From the NCBI GenBank assembly GCA_038868975.1, contig JAWCSA010000003.1, forward strand, positions 1-42,768: 42,768 nucleotides of DNA, in the 5' to 3' direction. Under the pieces are notes generated by a model that was not told where the DNA came from, did no database searches, and saw nothing but the letters and a program-made list of their open reading frames with translations. This document shows positions 34,963 through 42,768 of this stretch, one piece after another (position 1 is the stretch's first letter; each line of letters opens with the position of its first letter). Source of the stretch: Nitrososphaerales archaeon. GTDB taxonomy: Archaea; Thermoproteota; Nitrososphaeria; Nitrososphaerales; UBA213. A program made the position numbers and the translations under genes.

Positions 34963-35111
34963 GTATGTTAAGTTTGGCTACGCACTATTACTTCTTTGCT
35001 AGGGTTTGACCATGAATATGCCAATTTATATGTTAGTTCTTGCTAGCGTGCTTCTGCTAATGCGTAATCATATTGATTACGTCAGTCGGAAACGATAATT
35101 ATTTTTAGTTT

Positions 35112-35531
35112 TTATAGTTTCTTAGAAATTTCTTTCAACGTAGAACCAACTTCGTCCAGCTTATCAAGCTTATCCAGCTTGTCGAGCTTGGAATTCATAC
35201 TGCGTAAAAGCCTTACACCCTCGTTCAACCTGTCGTATATCTCCTCTTCTACTCCAAGAACTGCACGAAATGGTCTTGTAGGGAGCTCTATACCTTCTCC
35301 TATCCTTATATCCGTGATCTCTGCCAGCTTATATTCCCTTATTCTGGCAATAAGCTCCTCCACCTTTTCCCTGCTAGCCTCACATAGCAACTTCATATCT
35401 CCATCCTCAGTATTGTAAACTATACTCTTTATTCCCTGTCTCCAGCAGAGATCACGCAGATACCCCCGGAAGCCAAGCTCTAGTACCCTTCCTTTGATCG
35501 TTAGCGTATACCGCTTCAGTGGCTGCAACAC
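35112..35531 (-). CDS. Acylphosphatase-like domain protein with a (KLD)4 coiled-coil tail
   Basis: TIKGRVLELGFRGYLRDLCWRQGIKSIVYNTEDGDMKLLCEASREKVEELIARI follows the V.G.VQGV.FR...G.V.N..DG.V pattern loosely. GTG start. The tail reads SKLDKLDKLDKLDEV. Confidence 0.6.
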   Translation of the reverse strand: MLQPLKRYTLTIKGRVLELGFRGYLRDLCWRQGIKSIVYNTEDGDMKLLCEASREKVEELIARIREYKLAEITDIRIGEGIELPTRPFRAVLGVEEEIYDRLNEGVRLLRSMNSKLDKLDKLDKLDEVGSTLKEISKKL

Positions 35532-35706
35532 ATATGCTTGCCATGAATTCTATATTAAGTGTTGTCAGAGCTCTGAATGTGTAGATATTGTATATGGAAT
35601 GAAGACTAGGGCTTGCAAATAAACGATCTGCAATATATGCTATTATCTATGCATGAGTAGGAGAGCATCTGTAAGCATACATAAAATATGAAAACTGAAT
35701 GCTGAG

Positions 35707-36534
35707 TTAAAAGGGAATCAGATCCTTTATCATGGATACTATGAACACCATCTGTATTGTAACGAATAGTAGCCAGAAGATCTGCGCCATGAATGTCATA
35801 GACGCACTGCTCTTCAATGCTATGGTATTCTGCTGGGCATATTCCAACGTTGAATTCTTTGATTGATAATGTGCCAATGCTAGGTAAACACCCATGATCG
35901 CAAGGAACCAAGTGGCAAACGACAAGGTGCTTGCGAAGGAAGGTTCGAAGATCCTGAACAGGAATGAGGTATACGCATCTGCCTTTGGAGTCATTCCCAT
36001 TGCTATGTGAATCTGAACTATTACATATGTTACTAAATTGGTTATTATGGCAGGTAGGAAGAAGCTGTCTGTTGATTTAGCTTTGGGATTTGCTTTTTTC
36101 TTCTTGGTTGGCATAAGAGCAGCCAGTGCAAGAACAGTTAAGGTCATTACAACAGGGTTCTTCAGCATTATCACTGGGTAACCAAGGTATGGCGTGATAA
36201 ATACAACCTCACCAATCACATCGTCTGGCCGTAACACGCCGTGATCGTTTGCCCTGTTGTTATCGCCTTTGGTTATGAACCCTCCATTCACCTCTTCAAT
36301 TATCCTATGAACAACTGTCCTCTTTAATTCACTGTCGTTGAATGCCACGATATCGCCTACATCATAACTTAACATCTTCTTCGTTATTGCTAACGAACCT
36401 GGAGGAAATGTTGGAAGCATGCTTGTACCGTATACGGTAACGTATTCTGTGTCCCCACCAAGAAGTGATGGCCAGAGGTAAAGCAGGAGGGGCAAGGACG
36501 CAACTATGAGAACTAGTTTCCAACCTGCTACCAT
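35707..36534 (-). CDS. ER/archaeal-type signal peptidase I (S26B, Sec11/SipW-like) with a ~140-aa polytopic C-terminal extension
   Basis: N-terminal TM, then the Ser box YVTVYGTSMLPTFPPGS, the His box TVVHRIIEE and FITKGDNNRANDHG. About four extra TM segments follow (LTVLALAALM, FFLPAIITNLVTYVIVQIHIA, TLSFATWFLAIMGVYLALA, FMAQIFWLLFVTIQMVFIVSMI). Confidence 0.85.
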   Translation of the reverse strand: MVAGWKLVLIVASLPLLLYLWPSLLGGDTEYVTVYGTSMLPTFPPGSLAITKKMLSYDVGDIVAFNDSELKRTVVHRIIEEVNGGFITKGDNNRANDHGVLRPDDVIGEVVFITPYLGYPVIMLKNPVVMTLTVLALAALMPTKKKKANPKAKSTDSFFLPAIITNLVTYVIVQIHIAMGMTPKADAYTSFLFRIFEPSFASTLSFATWFLAIMGVYLALAHYQSKNSTLEYAQQNTIALKSSASMTFMAQIFWLLFVTIQMVFIVSMIKDLIPF

Positions 36535-36824
36535 TAAATGTAAGCACCACTTCTCATTAGATCTCTTTTCTTAAAAAAAAGATAAAAGGTTTGAGTATGC
36601 GCTAGTAAGGATGTTATAGAAAGGGATAAACCATGATCACCAGCAAATTCTTGTTTCATGATATAGACAGGTTCATCTAAATCTGCTCATCTAGAGATAT
36701 GATATATTTGTGCACGATCTTAACTGTATGGGGAGCTTTATGCTAGAAGATCTGTTTTTGCTGATTACGAGCTCCAGAGCCGTTTCTGATTATTTACATA
36801 AGCATATTGTGATGTCTATATTGC

Positions 36825-37064
36825 ATGACGCACAAGTTTCATAAGCAAAGTATGAGAAATCATGCTATGAATATGGTCATCTTCATGCTTATTGTAGCAG
36901 TTGTTGTTACTGCAGCTAGCGTTGGCGTTGCTTCCCACACATTTACATTAAAGTCGCAGAACATAGGTGTTGCAGAGGATTTTGTAAAAATTAGTAACTG
37001 CCCAACGCAAATAACCGATACTTCTGCATGTAAATCTATTACAGTTAAAGTTACCTTCCGCTAA
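36825..37064 (+). CDS. Small putative secreted or membrane peptide, divergent from the signal peptidase gene
   Basis: Hydrophobic segment MVIFMLIVAVVVTAASVGVA followed by a ~45-aa mature part with two Cys. No homology recognised. Confidence 0.35.
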   Translation: MTHKFHKQSMRNHAMNMVIFMLIVAVVVTAASVGVASHTFTLKSQNIGVAEDFVKISNCPTQITDTSACKSITVKVTFR

Positions 37065-37414
37065 GGTGTTGCATATGCTGCACTGGTGATTAGGAATCTT
37101 TGCAATACCCTAATCATGACACATATGCCTACAAGAACTCCCAGCGCAAAAAGTAGTCATCCGTATCTTCATCAACTTCGTATTCATCATTATATTCATC
37201 GTCATTATTCATTACCAATTATGATATCGCATTGTAGATAAGCAAGTGTCTGTTTCAGGGTTAACTTGCACCTGCAGTAACATAAATATGAAAGTAAGAG
37301 GCTAGTCTGTGCCTGTTTATTTATGAGCGGTAATGAAAGATCAAACCTTGAAGTATATACATCACGATGATTATTTGTTCTCTCAAGACATAAGCAAGTT
37401 CTTCAAATCGTAGG

Positions 37415-37645
37415 TCAGGCTGTGATCGTGGATTCTGCGTACTCGCCAATGCCAAATCTCTTTTTTCGCCATCTAGCCAACTTGATACGCAACTCCTCAA
37501 TCTCATCGGGGCTCATTGAGCTTATGATGGCATGGAACTCCTCATGGTCCCTTGCTCCAACCATCTCCTGCAGTTCCTTAGCGCTGGGGAGCACCTGCTC
37601 GGAGCCTAACCTGAGCAGCCTTCTAATTACAATGTCGCATACCAT
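37415..37645 (-). CDS. Small helical hypothetical protein
   Basis: MVCDIVIRRLLRLGSEQVLPSAKELQEMVGARDHEEFHAIISSMSPDEIEELRIKLARWRKKRFG has protein-like composition and an ATG start. Overlapping ORFs on both strands look less plausible. Confidence 0.45.
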   Translation of the reverse strand: MVCDIVIRRLLRLGSEQVLPSAKELQEMVGARDHEEFHAIISSMSPDEIEELRIKLARWRKKRFGIGEYAESTITA

Positions 37646-37968
37646 AGTATGATAAGAGTTATCGTTCTATTTATAGTCAAGGCGCTATACATAAAAATTG
37701 CGAGCAGTTAATTCCTCCTGTCATCATAGATAGAAAATAGTTACGGCAGTGCCTTTACCGCACCAGCCCTTAACGAAAGATCCATCATCTCTGTCAGTGC
37801 GGTTTGCTCTGGATTTATCTCATTAGAATAGCGCCATTGCCTTTTGCATAGACGAACAAATGATTTGCTGGCTAAACCGTTAGAGAGGTTCCAACTATGA
37901 CCATGACGTCGTAACTGCCAGCATAAACAGCAGCTTCCTCCCCGCCTCTGATCGGCTCTCCAAATAAA

Positions 37969-38720
37969 ACCACGTCTGGTCTAAGCATACTGCCGCATTT
38001 TTCGCATGCTGTGGTCGATGCTGCAAGAAAGGTAATGCTTGAGAGCCCATTCTATGGAACAAGGAGGATGGCAGTGATGCTATCAAGAGAGTTAGGAAGA
38101 TCTGTTAACAGGAAGCAAGTTCAGCGTATATTCCACGCATTGGACTGGATTGATTGAACCTGCTAAAAAGAAGGCAGATATCATAAGATCAAAGGGTAAG
38201 GTAGTGAAGGCGACCAGACCATACGAGTTGTGGGAGGCTGATATAACATACATCTGGTGTGGAAACGATGGCTGGTGCTACCTGTTCAATGTCATAGACG
38301 TATTCAGCAGAGAATGGATAGCATACGCATTTGACACAACTGCAGTGAAGGAGAACGCCATACAGTCTGTAATTAACGCTCTAGCATCACATAAGCATAA
38401 GGTCAGTGTCAGCAAATTATCATTGAGGGTAGATAACGGCCCACAGTACAAGAGCAATGCATTCAGGGAATCCATGAAGAACTTGATTAAGGACCGAATA
38501 CATATTCAGAAATACTCCAGAGCAGAACGGGCATATAGAATCATTCCATAAGACGCTGAAGAGGGAGTACATCTGGATAAATGATTTCCAGAATTACCAG
38601 GAAGCTGAAATAGCGATAAGTAATGCGTTCATAGATTATAATCAGAACAGGATACATTCTGCCCTGGGATACAGAACGCACTACGAGTTTCTTTCAGAAT
38701 GGGAGATGGTGAATAAATAA
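37969..38720 (+). mobile_element. Decayed IS3-like element: integrase-core (rve, DDE) transposase ORF broken by at least two frameshifts
   Basis: Three frames join up. Frame 1: ...VMLESPFYGTRRMAVMLSRELGRSVNRKQVQRIFHALDWID*. Frame 2: LIEPAKKK...YELWEADITYIWCGNDGWCYLFNVIDVFSREWIAYAF...LRVDNGPQYKSNAFRESMKNL. Frame 3: ...EYIFRNTPEQNGHIESFHKTLKREYIW...YNQNRIHSALGYRTHYEFLSEWEMVNK*. Confidence 0.8.
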
Positions 38721-38914
38721 TGGCTCAAGGTATCCATAAGATCATGGAAAAAGCGTTCTCCAAAACAGGTGTCCACTCCAAGTTTCTGCGAAATGTTTGA
38801 TGCCCTCCTGTTCTGTAGGCTGTTCTGAATCTTTTCTTCCTTAAGTATTATTTCTTGCTCATCCATAACAGCTTCCTGTATGTAGTTTCTGTGCACACCG
38901 AGTCCTACGAACAT
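38721..38914 (-). pseudogene. N-terminal fragment of an IS110-family transposase, cut off by the IS3-like remnant
   Basis: MFVGLGVHRNYIQEAVMDEQEIILKEEKIQNSLQN... matches the M.fvGiDvhk....v.v.d..G start of the IS110 DEDD domains. The reading frame runs into the IS3-like tail at about 38720. Confidence 0.55.
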
Positions 38915-39273
38915 GCATAGTGTACTGTCTGTTAGATTTAGATCCTTTCTTCACATACTGTTAGGCTCCAAGTTGCAGGAAGAAAGCATCAAAGGAGTTT
39001 AATGAAGATGTTTATCATTACAGAGGGTTGATAGAAGTGATATTTGGTGCAGAGGAAAAAGCGAATCATCAGCTCCTTTGCAGATACCTCATTAAGCGGA
39101 ACCATAAAAGGCTGAGTGATCAGAGCAATAGCATGGAATCTTCAGGTGTTAAACAGGCGGCAGTGTGCCAAAAGACTTTCCATACATATAGCACCATATG
39201 CCATCACTAATTAGGCGACAACCCCTGTAAGCCACAATCATTATATAATACATTCTACAAACTGTATTATATA

Positions 39274-39483
39274 ATGGCAAAGACAATAGCGGTTAGCGAG
39301 TCTACATGGGAGAGACTGAAGAAGCTCATGAAGAAAGAGAAAGCCAAGGATCTCGATGAGTTAATTTCCATACTTATACAAAAATCCGAAGAGCTCCCTT
39401 CTTCTATGTTCGGCATAGATCGTAAATCGCATATAAAGTACACACAGAAGGAGCACGAGGAATTCGTTAAAGATCTGCATTGA
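39274..39483 (+). CDS. vapB: VapB-type antitoxin (ribbon-helix-helix-like)
   Basis: MAKTIAVSESTWERLKKLMKKEKAKDLDELISILIQ..., 69 aa, located 28 nt upstream of a PIN-domain gene. Confidence 0.7.
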   Translation: MAKTIAVSESTWERLKKLMKKEKAKDLDELISILIQKSEELPSSMFGIDRKSHIKYTQKEHEEFVKDLH

Positions 39484-39511
39484 AACTTGGTTGGTTTGGT
39501 GATTCTAATCA

Positions 39512-39889
39512 GTGCATGTCATAGATTCCTTTGCATGGATTGAATACTTTGCAGGAAGCAAAGCAGGCGAGTTTGCAAAAAGGTACATTGAAAGCGATGA
39601 ATCGATTACTCCTACGATAGTTATTGCAGAACTAAGCGAAAAGTACGCAAGGCTCAAGGAAGACTTTAGCAATAAACTAAAGTTCATAATTTTGAAATCG
39701 CGAACTGCAGCATTGAGTGAAGATATCGCAGTACTGGCTGGTACCATAAACGTGGATAGAAAGAAGCAGGTCAGCAGATGGGGACTAGTCGATTCAATAA
39801 TACTGGCAACTGCTAGACTTCAAAATGCTAATGTTGTTACTGGAGACGAGCATTTTAGGGATCTTGACGAAGCCATTATGATAAAATAA
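39512..39889 (+). CDS. vapC: PIN-domain toxin (VapC-like ribonuclease)
   Basis: GTG start. VIDSFAWIEYFAG (first acidic residue), TPTIVIAELSEKY, DSIILATARLQNANVVTGDEHF (the conserved D...T.D pattern). Confidence 0.8.
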   Translation: MHVIDSFAWIEYFAGSKAGEFAKRYIESDESITPTIVIAELSEKYARLKEDFSNKLKFIILKSRTAALSEDIAVLAGTINVDRKKQVSRWGLVDSIILATARLQNANVVTGDEHFRDLDEAIMIK

Positions 39890-40083
39890 GCCTGTGATCC
39901 AATCTAATTACTCAAACCCTAATCCTATGGATCAGGCATGAGAATTAACACACATAAAATCTCTAACGTTAACCTTGAGGAGTAAAACAGAAAGATAACA
40001 ATCCAATGGTGAAATTTTGCGCTACTGTTTTAGTTATATAGGATCTCTGGTTCTGGATATTTCCTGAACTTCTGGCGTGGACA

Positions 40084-40668
40084 TTGCGAACAGAGCACAA
40101 GGAGAAGGAAATATTCGAATGTTATCTGACACAGGGTAACATAGAGGTAATAGTTGAAGTAACCATAACAGCCCAGCTGTACCAGGATACTGTTACCAGG
40201 TCTATAATGAAGAAGACAGCAGACGTTGTTACATGTGTAAGGCTGCCTGACCGAGCTACAGTGTTAGGATGCAAGGCTGAGAAGCCATCTACAGACCCGA
40301 TACATGTGCAAAAGTGCATAGCTGATCGCATATTTAGAGACATGAACACTGCGAACAAGGGCAACCTTGTAAAGAATGTGGAGGCGCAGAAGATCGTATA
40401 CCTTTGTGATCTTGATGGGTTTGATAAAGATGTTAATGGGCTGCCTGTAACATGCAATAATAATAATCAAAGTGAAGTTAACTGCTTTGATCCCGAGAAG
40501 AAGGTAGACGAGGTTGTGTTTACTGAAACATGGAAGAATCTTGCTAAATTAAGGGAAACGCCTCCAAAGGACCCTTTCATAAAGCGCATATTCGAGTCAT
40601 TCAGGTGTATAATAAAACTTGATGAAGCAAAAGTGGAGACATGTGCATTTGGGAGTGTGGCAAACTAG
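40084..40668 (+). pseudogene. 5'-truncated copy of the double 4-Cys module found at the C-terminus of 18011..19858
   Basis: HKEKEIFECYLTQGNIEVIVEVTITAQLYQD...VVTCVRLPDRATVLGC...CIADRIFRDMNTANKGNLVKNVEAQKIVYLC...KKVDEVVFTETWKNL...FRCIIKLDEAKVETC aligns with HVEKEVYDCFLDQGHVPVIADVTIYAELYQN... of the 615-aa protein. It has no signal peptide, only a TTG start, and a stop 14 codons upstream. Confidence 0.6.
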
Positions 40669-41453
40669 ATGAGCCATATGAATAAGAAGGCAGTTGGCGG
40701 GATAATGCTGGCAGCCATCTTGATAGGTGCAGTGGCATTGATACTAAATGCAAGTGCTGATCTTAGGAATCTGGATAAATTTGAGACCTTGATCAACATA
40801 ATATTGAACATACAGAATACTGTTAATAACATATTGACAGAAATTACAGTATAGAAGAGAAGCTAGATGCCCCAGGATGCCCTCCAACCCAAAATGGTAG
40901 GATTAATGATATTGAATGCAAAATAGAGGACGCTCACCAAAGTCTCAGTAACATAAGTGCTAGTCCCGCCTATGTTCCCTTCGTAACCGCTACAGGTACG
41001 TTTCAAGAAGTATGTGATGATATTGTTTTACCCTCTCCAGATTTTGGCAGAATCATAATTACTAGAACCGGCTCAGGCTCAAGTTTCATAGTTACTGCTG
41101 TGCTACTGGAAGCAACAGGTATCGATCATATGAGCGATGAAATCCGTGTTATACGATTAACAATGAAAGGTAGGACTGTAGCTGCGATAGCTATGTCGGT
41201 GATGCTGTTGGCAGGCGTAAGTGCTGAAAATGCAAGTCTAGCACTGCACACAAGGACAAGACAGAGACCAACAAGTATTGTTCCCAGTGCCGTAACGAAG
41301 GGTACAATGGCATCGATTACTGGTACAGCAAAATTAGTTTTCCATCTCAGACAAACGATCACCTTGACTTTACTTCTATTTCCCACTCTTTTAGCATATT
41401 GGCATCCAAATTATTTATCATTTCAACTTGCTGTCTTGCAGTTAGGGTCTTAA
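40669..41453 (+). pseudogene. Membrane-anchored protein gene apparently split by a frameshift near 40830-40854
   Basis: The 61-aa ORF (MSHMNKKAVGGIMLAAILIGAVALILNA...NTVNNILTEITV*) is followed in another frame, open from 40830 with no start codon. That frame reads ...IEEKLDAPGCPPTQNGRINDIECKIEDAHQSLSNISASPAYVPFVTATGTFQEVCDDIVLPSPDFGRIIITRTGSGSSFIVTAV... and runs to 41453. The last ~100 codons overlap minus-strand ORFs and may not be coding. Confidence 0.35.
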
Positions 41454-41553
41454 CCATACTGGCGCACCAGATGCATCTGCAAATACCTATCTCTATTAAC
41501 TCGCTCTCTATTGGCAACTTGCAATTTGGGCAATGAGGAACGCCTTTCTTCAT
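41359..41553 (-). CDS. Small zinc-ribbon protein
   Basis: MKKGVPHCPNCKLPIESELIEIGICRCIWCASMV... has CxxC...CxxC. The ATG lies 11 nt after the stop of 41565..42182, so the pair looks operonic. Confidence 0.55.
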   Translation of the reverse strand: MKKGVPHCPNCKLPIESELIEIGICRCIWCASMVKTLTARQQVEMINNLDANMLKEWEIEVKSR

Positions 41554-41564
41554 TACAGCCTGCT

Positions 41565-42182
41565 TTAACTTAATCTTCTCTTCACCATATTCTTATAGTA
41601 ACTTAACAAATATAACTTGTTCTCTTCCTTTGCACGCCTCTCCAAATACTTCCAATCTAACTCGTCACTATTTTTCAGTAAGACAGACACCACGTCCTGA
41701 AAATCGCTTGATCCACTTCTTGCTGATTTTAATTTAGAAATAATATAGTCCTCGGCACTAGGTATGAAGCCAGTAAAGCTTCCGACCTTCACCTTTCTTG
41801 CTCTCCTAAAAGTCTCTTCCGTAAATGTAAACTCACGAGGATTTAACAAAACATCAACTATCATTCCAGTCCTCCTATCACGAAACTTTGCCATGTTAAT
41901 TATAGAATTCACATCATCTGGATATATCAATGAGTATCTCTTTTCTGAAAGTAATTCCGCAACTTTGAACTTGTCTATGGCCAAAACTACATCCACATCC
42001 TTTGTTGTCCTCTCTCTGCCATAAACATTTACTGGAAATGCTCCGACCAGCATATACCTTATTCTATTCTTGTTCAACAAACTAACTAAATCTGAGGAGG
42101 TCTTTGCGTATGACGGCGGCAAAAAGTCAACACTGAACATCTTTGATCTTTTTATTGCTTTTGATCCAGATCTTCTACGCAC
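41565..42182 (-). CDS. Nucleotidyltransferase-fold protein (MNT/AbiEii-like)
   Basis: RYMLVGAFPVNVYGRERTTKDVDVVLAID fits the G.a...yG..R.T.DiD NTase motif. The start is GTG 42182 or ATG 42140 (MFSVDF...). Confidence 0.6.
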   Translation of the reverse strand: MRRRSGSKAIKRSKMFSVDFLPPSYAKTSSDLVSLLNKNRIRYMLVGAFPVNVYGRERTTKDVDVVLAIDKFKVAELLSEKRYSLIYPDDVNSIINMAKFRDRRTGMIVDVLLNPREFTFTEETFRRARKVKVGSFTGFIPSAEDYIISKLKSARSGSSDFQDVVSVLLKNSDELDWKYLERRAKEENKLYLLSYYKNMVKRRLS

Positions 42183-42634
42183 AACAAGTTAACATAAGAA
42201 GCATTTAAAAAAGGTTTTAATTCTCTAGAATCCTTAAGGATAAAACTTCCTCCCTTTTTATCATAGAAATATCTATTTCGCCTTTCTAATAACCCAGCTG
42301 TGGAAACGCCATCTGGCAGATCCTCGGTACAGCATAAACGCTACGTCCTTCACTTTCACAATCATTTTTCTGGCATCAAAAAATCTGGGGCAAGATGTGC
42401 GCGAATGCACGCACCATTAGTGTAAATATCGCAATACTCCTAATACTGCCGTTTATCGACTGACCAAAATGACACTTGCAAGACTCTGCAAATGTTAATC
42501 ATTATATGATCAGCATTCATAGCTGGAAAATACATAATCTTATAACGCCCTGACCGGTTTGAGGTTGACGTGTTGTTTAACATCATAGATCAGAAACGGC
42601 AACGGTCATTTAGCTCTGGCAAGAGGGCGCTTCA

Positions 42635-42768
42635 TCTTCTCTTCTCTTCTCTTCTCTTCTCTTCTCTTCTCTTCTCTTCTCTTCTCTTCTCTTCTCTTCT
42701 CTTCTCTTCTCTTCTCTTCTCTTCTCTTCTCTTCTCTTCTCTTCTCTTCTCTTCTCTTCTCTTCTCTT
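42635..42768. repeat. Perfect pentanucleotide microsatellite (TCTTC)n, about 27 units, running to the end of the window
   Basis: Read directly: tcttc repeated without interruption from 42635 to the last base. Confidence 0.95.

Noticed and set aside
35606-35911. A 101-aa ORF overlapping the 3' end of the signal peptidase gene in another frame.
   Set aside because: The overlapped frame encodes clean TM helices continuous with the peptidase. The alternative translation is Cys/His-rich and implausible.
40666-40668. An in-frame TAG separates 40084..40668 from 40669..40854 (same reading frame). This could be read as pyrrolysine read-through or a nonsense mutation fusing the two.
   Set aside because: The full-length paralogue (18011..19858) also ends about 8 residues after the last conserved Cys, so the TAG sits at the natural C-terminus. 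The next ORF starts with its own ATG and an N-terminal TM segment. Nothing in the window suggests Pyl machinery.
41126-41386. An 86-aa minus-strand ORF, possibly a TM continuation of the zinc-ribbon protein 41359..41553 through a frameshift.
   Set aside because: It competes with a 200-codon open frame on the plus strand, and neither translation is convincing in this stretch. I cannot decide from sequence alone, so it was not annotated.

Overview
AT-rich, densely coding window that looks archaeal. Evidence: TATA-like boxes about 25-30 nt upstream of start codons (leaderless-style), an ER/archaeal-type signal peptidase, and many proteins ending in a PEF(P/G)+TM+basic archaeosortase-type signal. 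Copper-protein richness and PEFG-type tails suggest an ammonia-oxidising Nitrososphaerota (Thaumarchaeota) relative, but that is inference only; no database search was possible. Four blocks are visible. (1) 0.3-13.9 kb: a ten-gene cell-surface copper/metal-handling island. It holds a plastocyanin-like cupredoxin, three 458-474 aa PEF-CTERM paralogues plus a short fourth copy, and a CopC-CopD-beta-propeller fusion. It also has a CuA-like cupredoxin, a second propeller protein, and a ZIP permease with an extracellular domain. (2) 14-23 kb: secreted proteases and adhesin-like proteins (metzincin, subtilase, a 615-aa protein with a novel 4-Cys module) separated by unusually long ORF-free spacers that carry phased CACNTGTT arrays. 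(3) 23-30 kb: a translationally coupled exopolysaccharide operon (Zn-ribbon protein, processive GT2 synthase, giant surface-anchored CE4 deacetylase) bracketed by 39-bp direct repeats and transposase debris. (4) 30-42.8 kb: a PAS histidine kinase and response regulator flanked by two secreted proteins that share a GGELLxID+TM C-terminal motif I do not recognise. This block also holds a signal peptidase I with a polytopic extension, decayed IS3-like and IS110-like elements, a VapBC pair, gene fragments, and a (TCTTC)n microsatellite running off the window end. No rRNA, tRNA or CRISPR array was recognised. All family calls rest on motifs read by eye from the translations.
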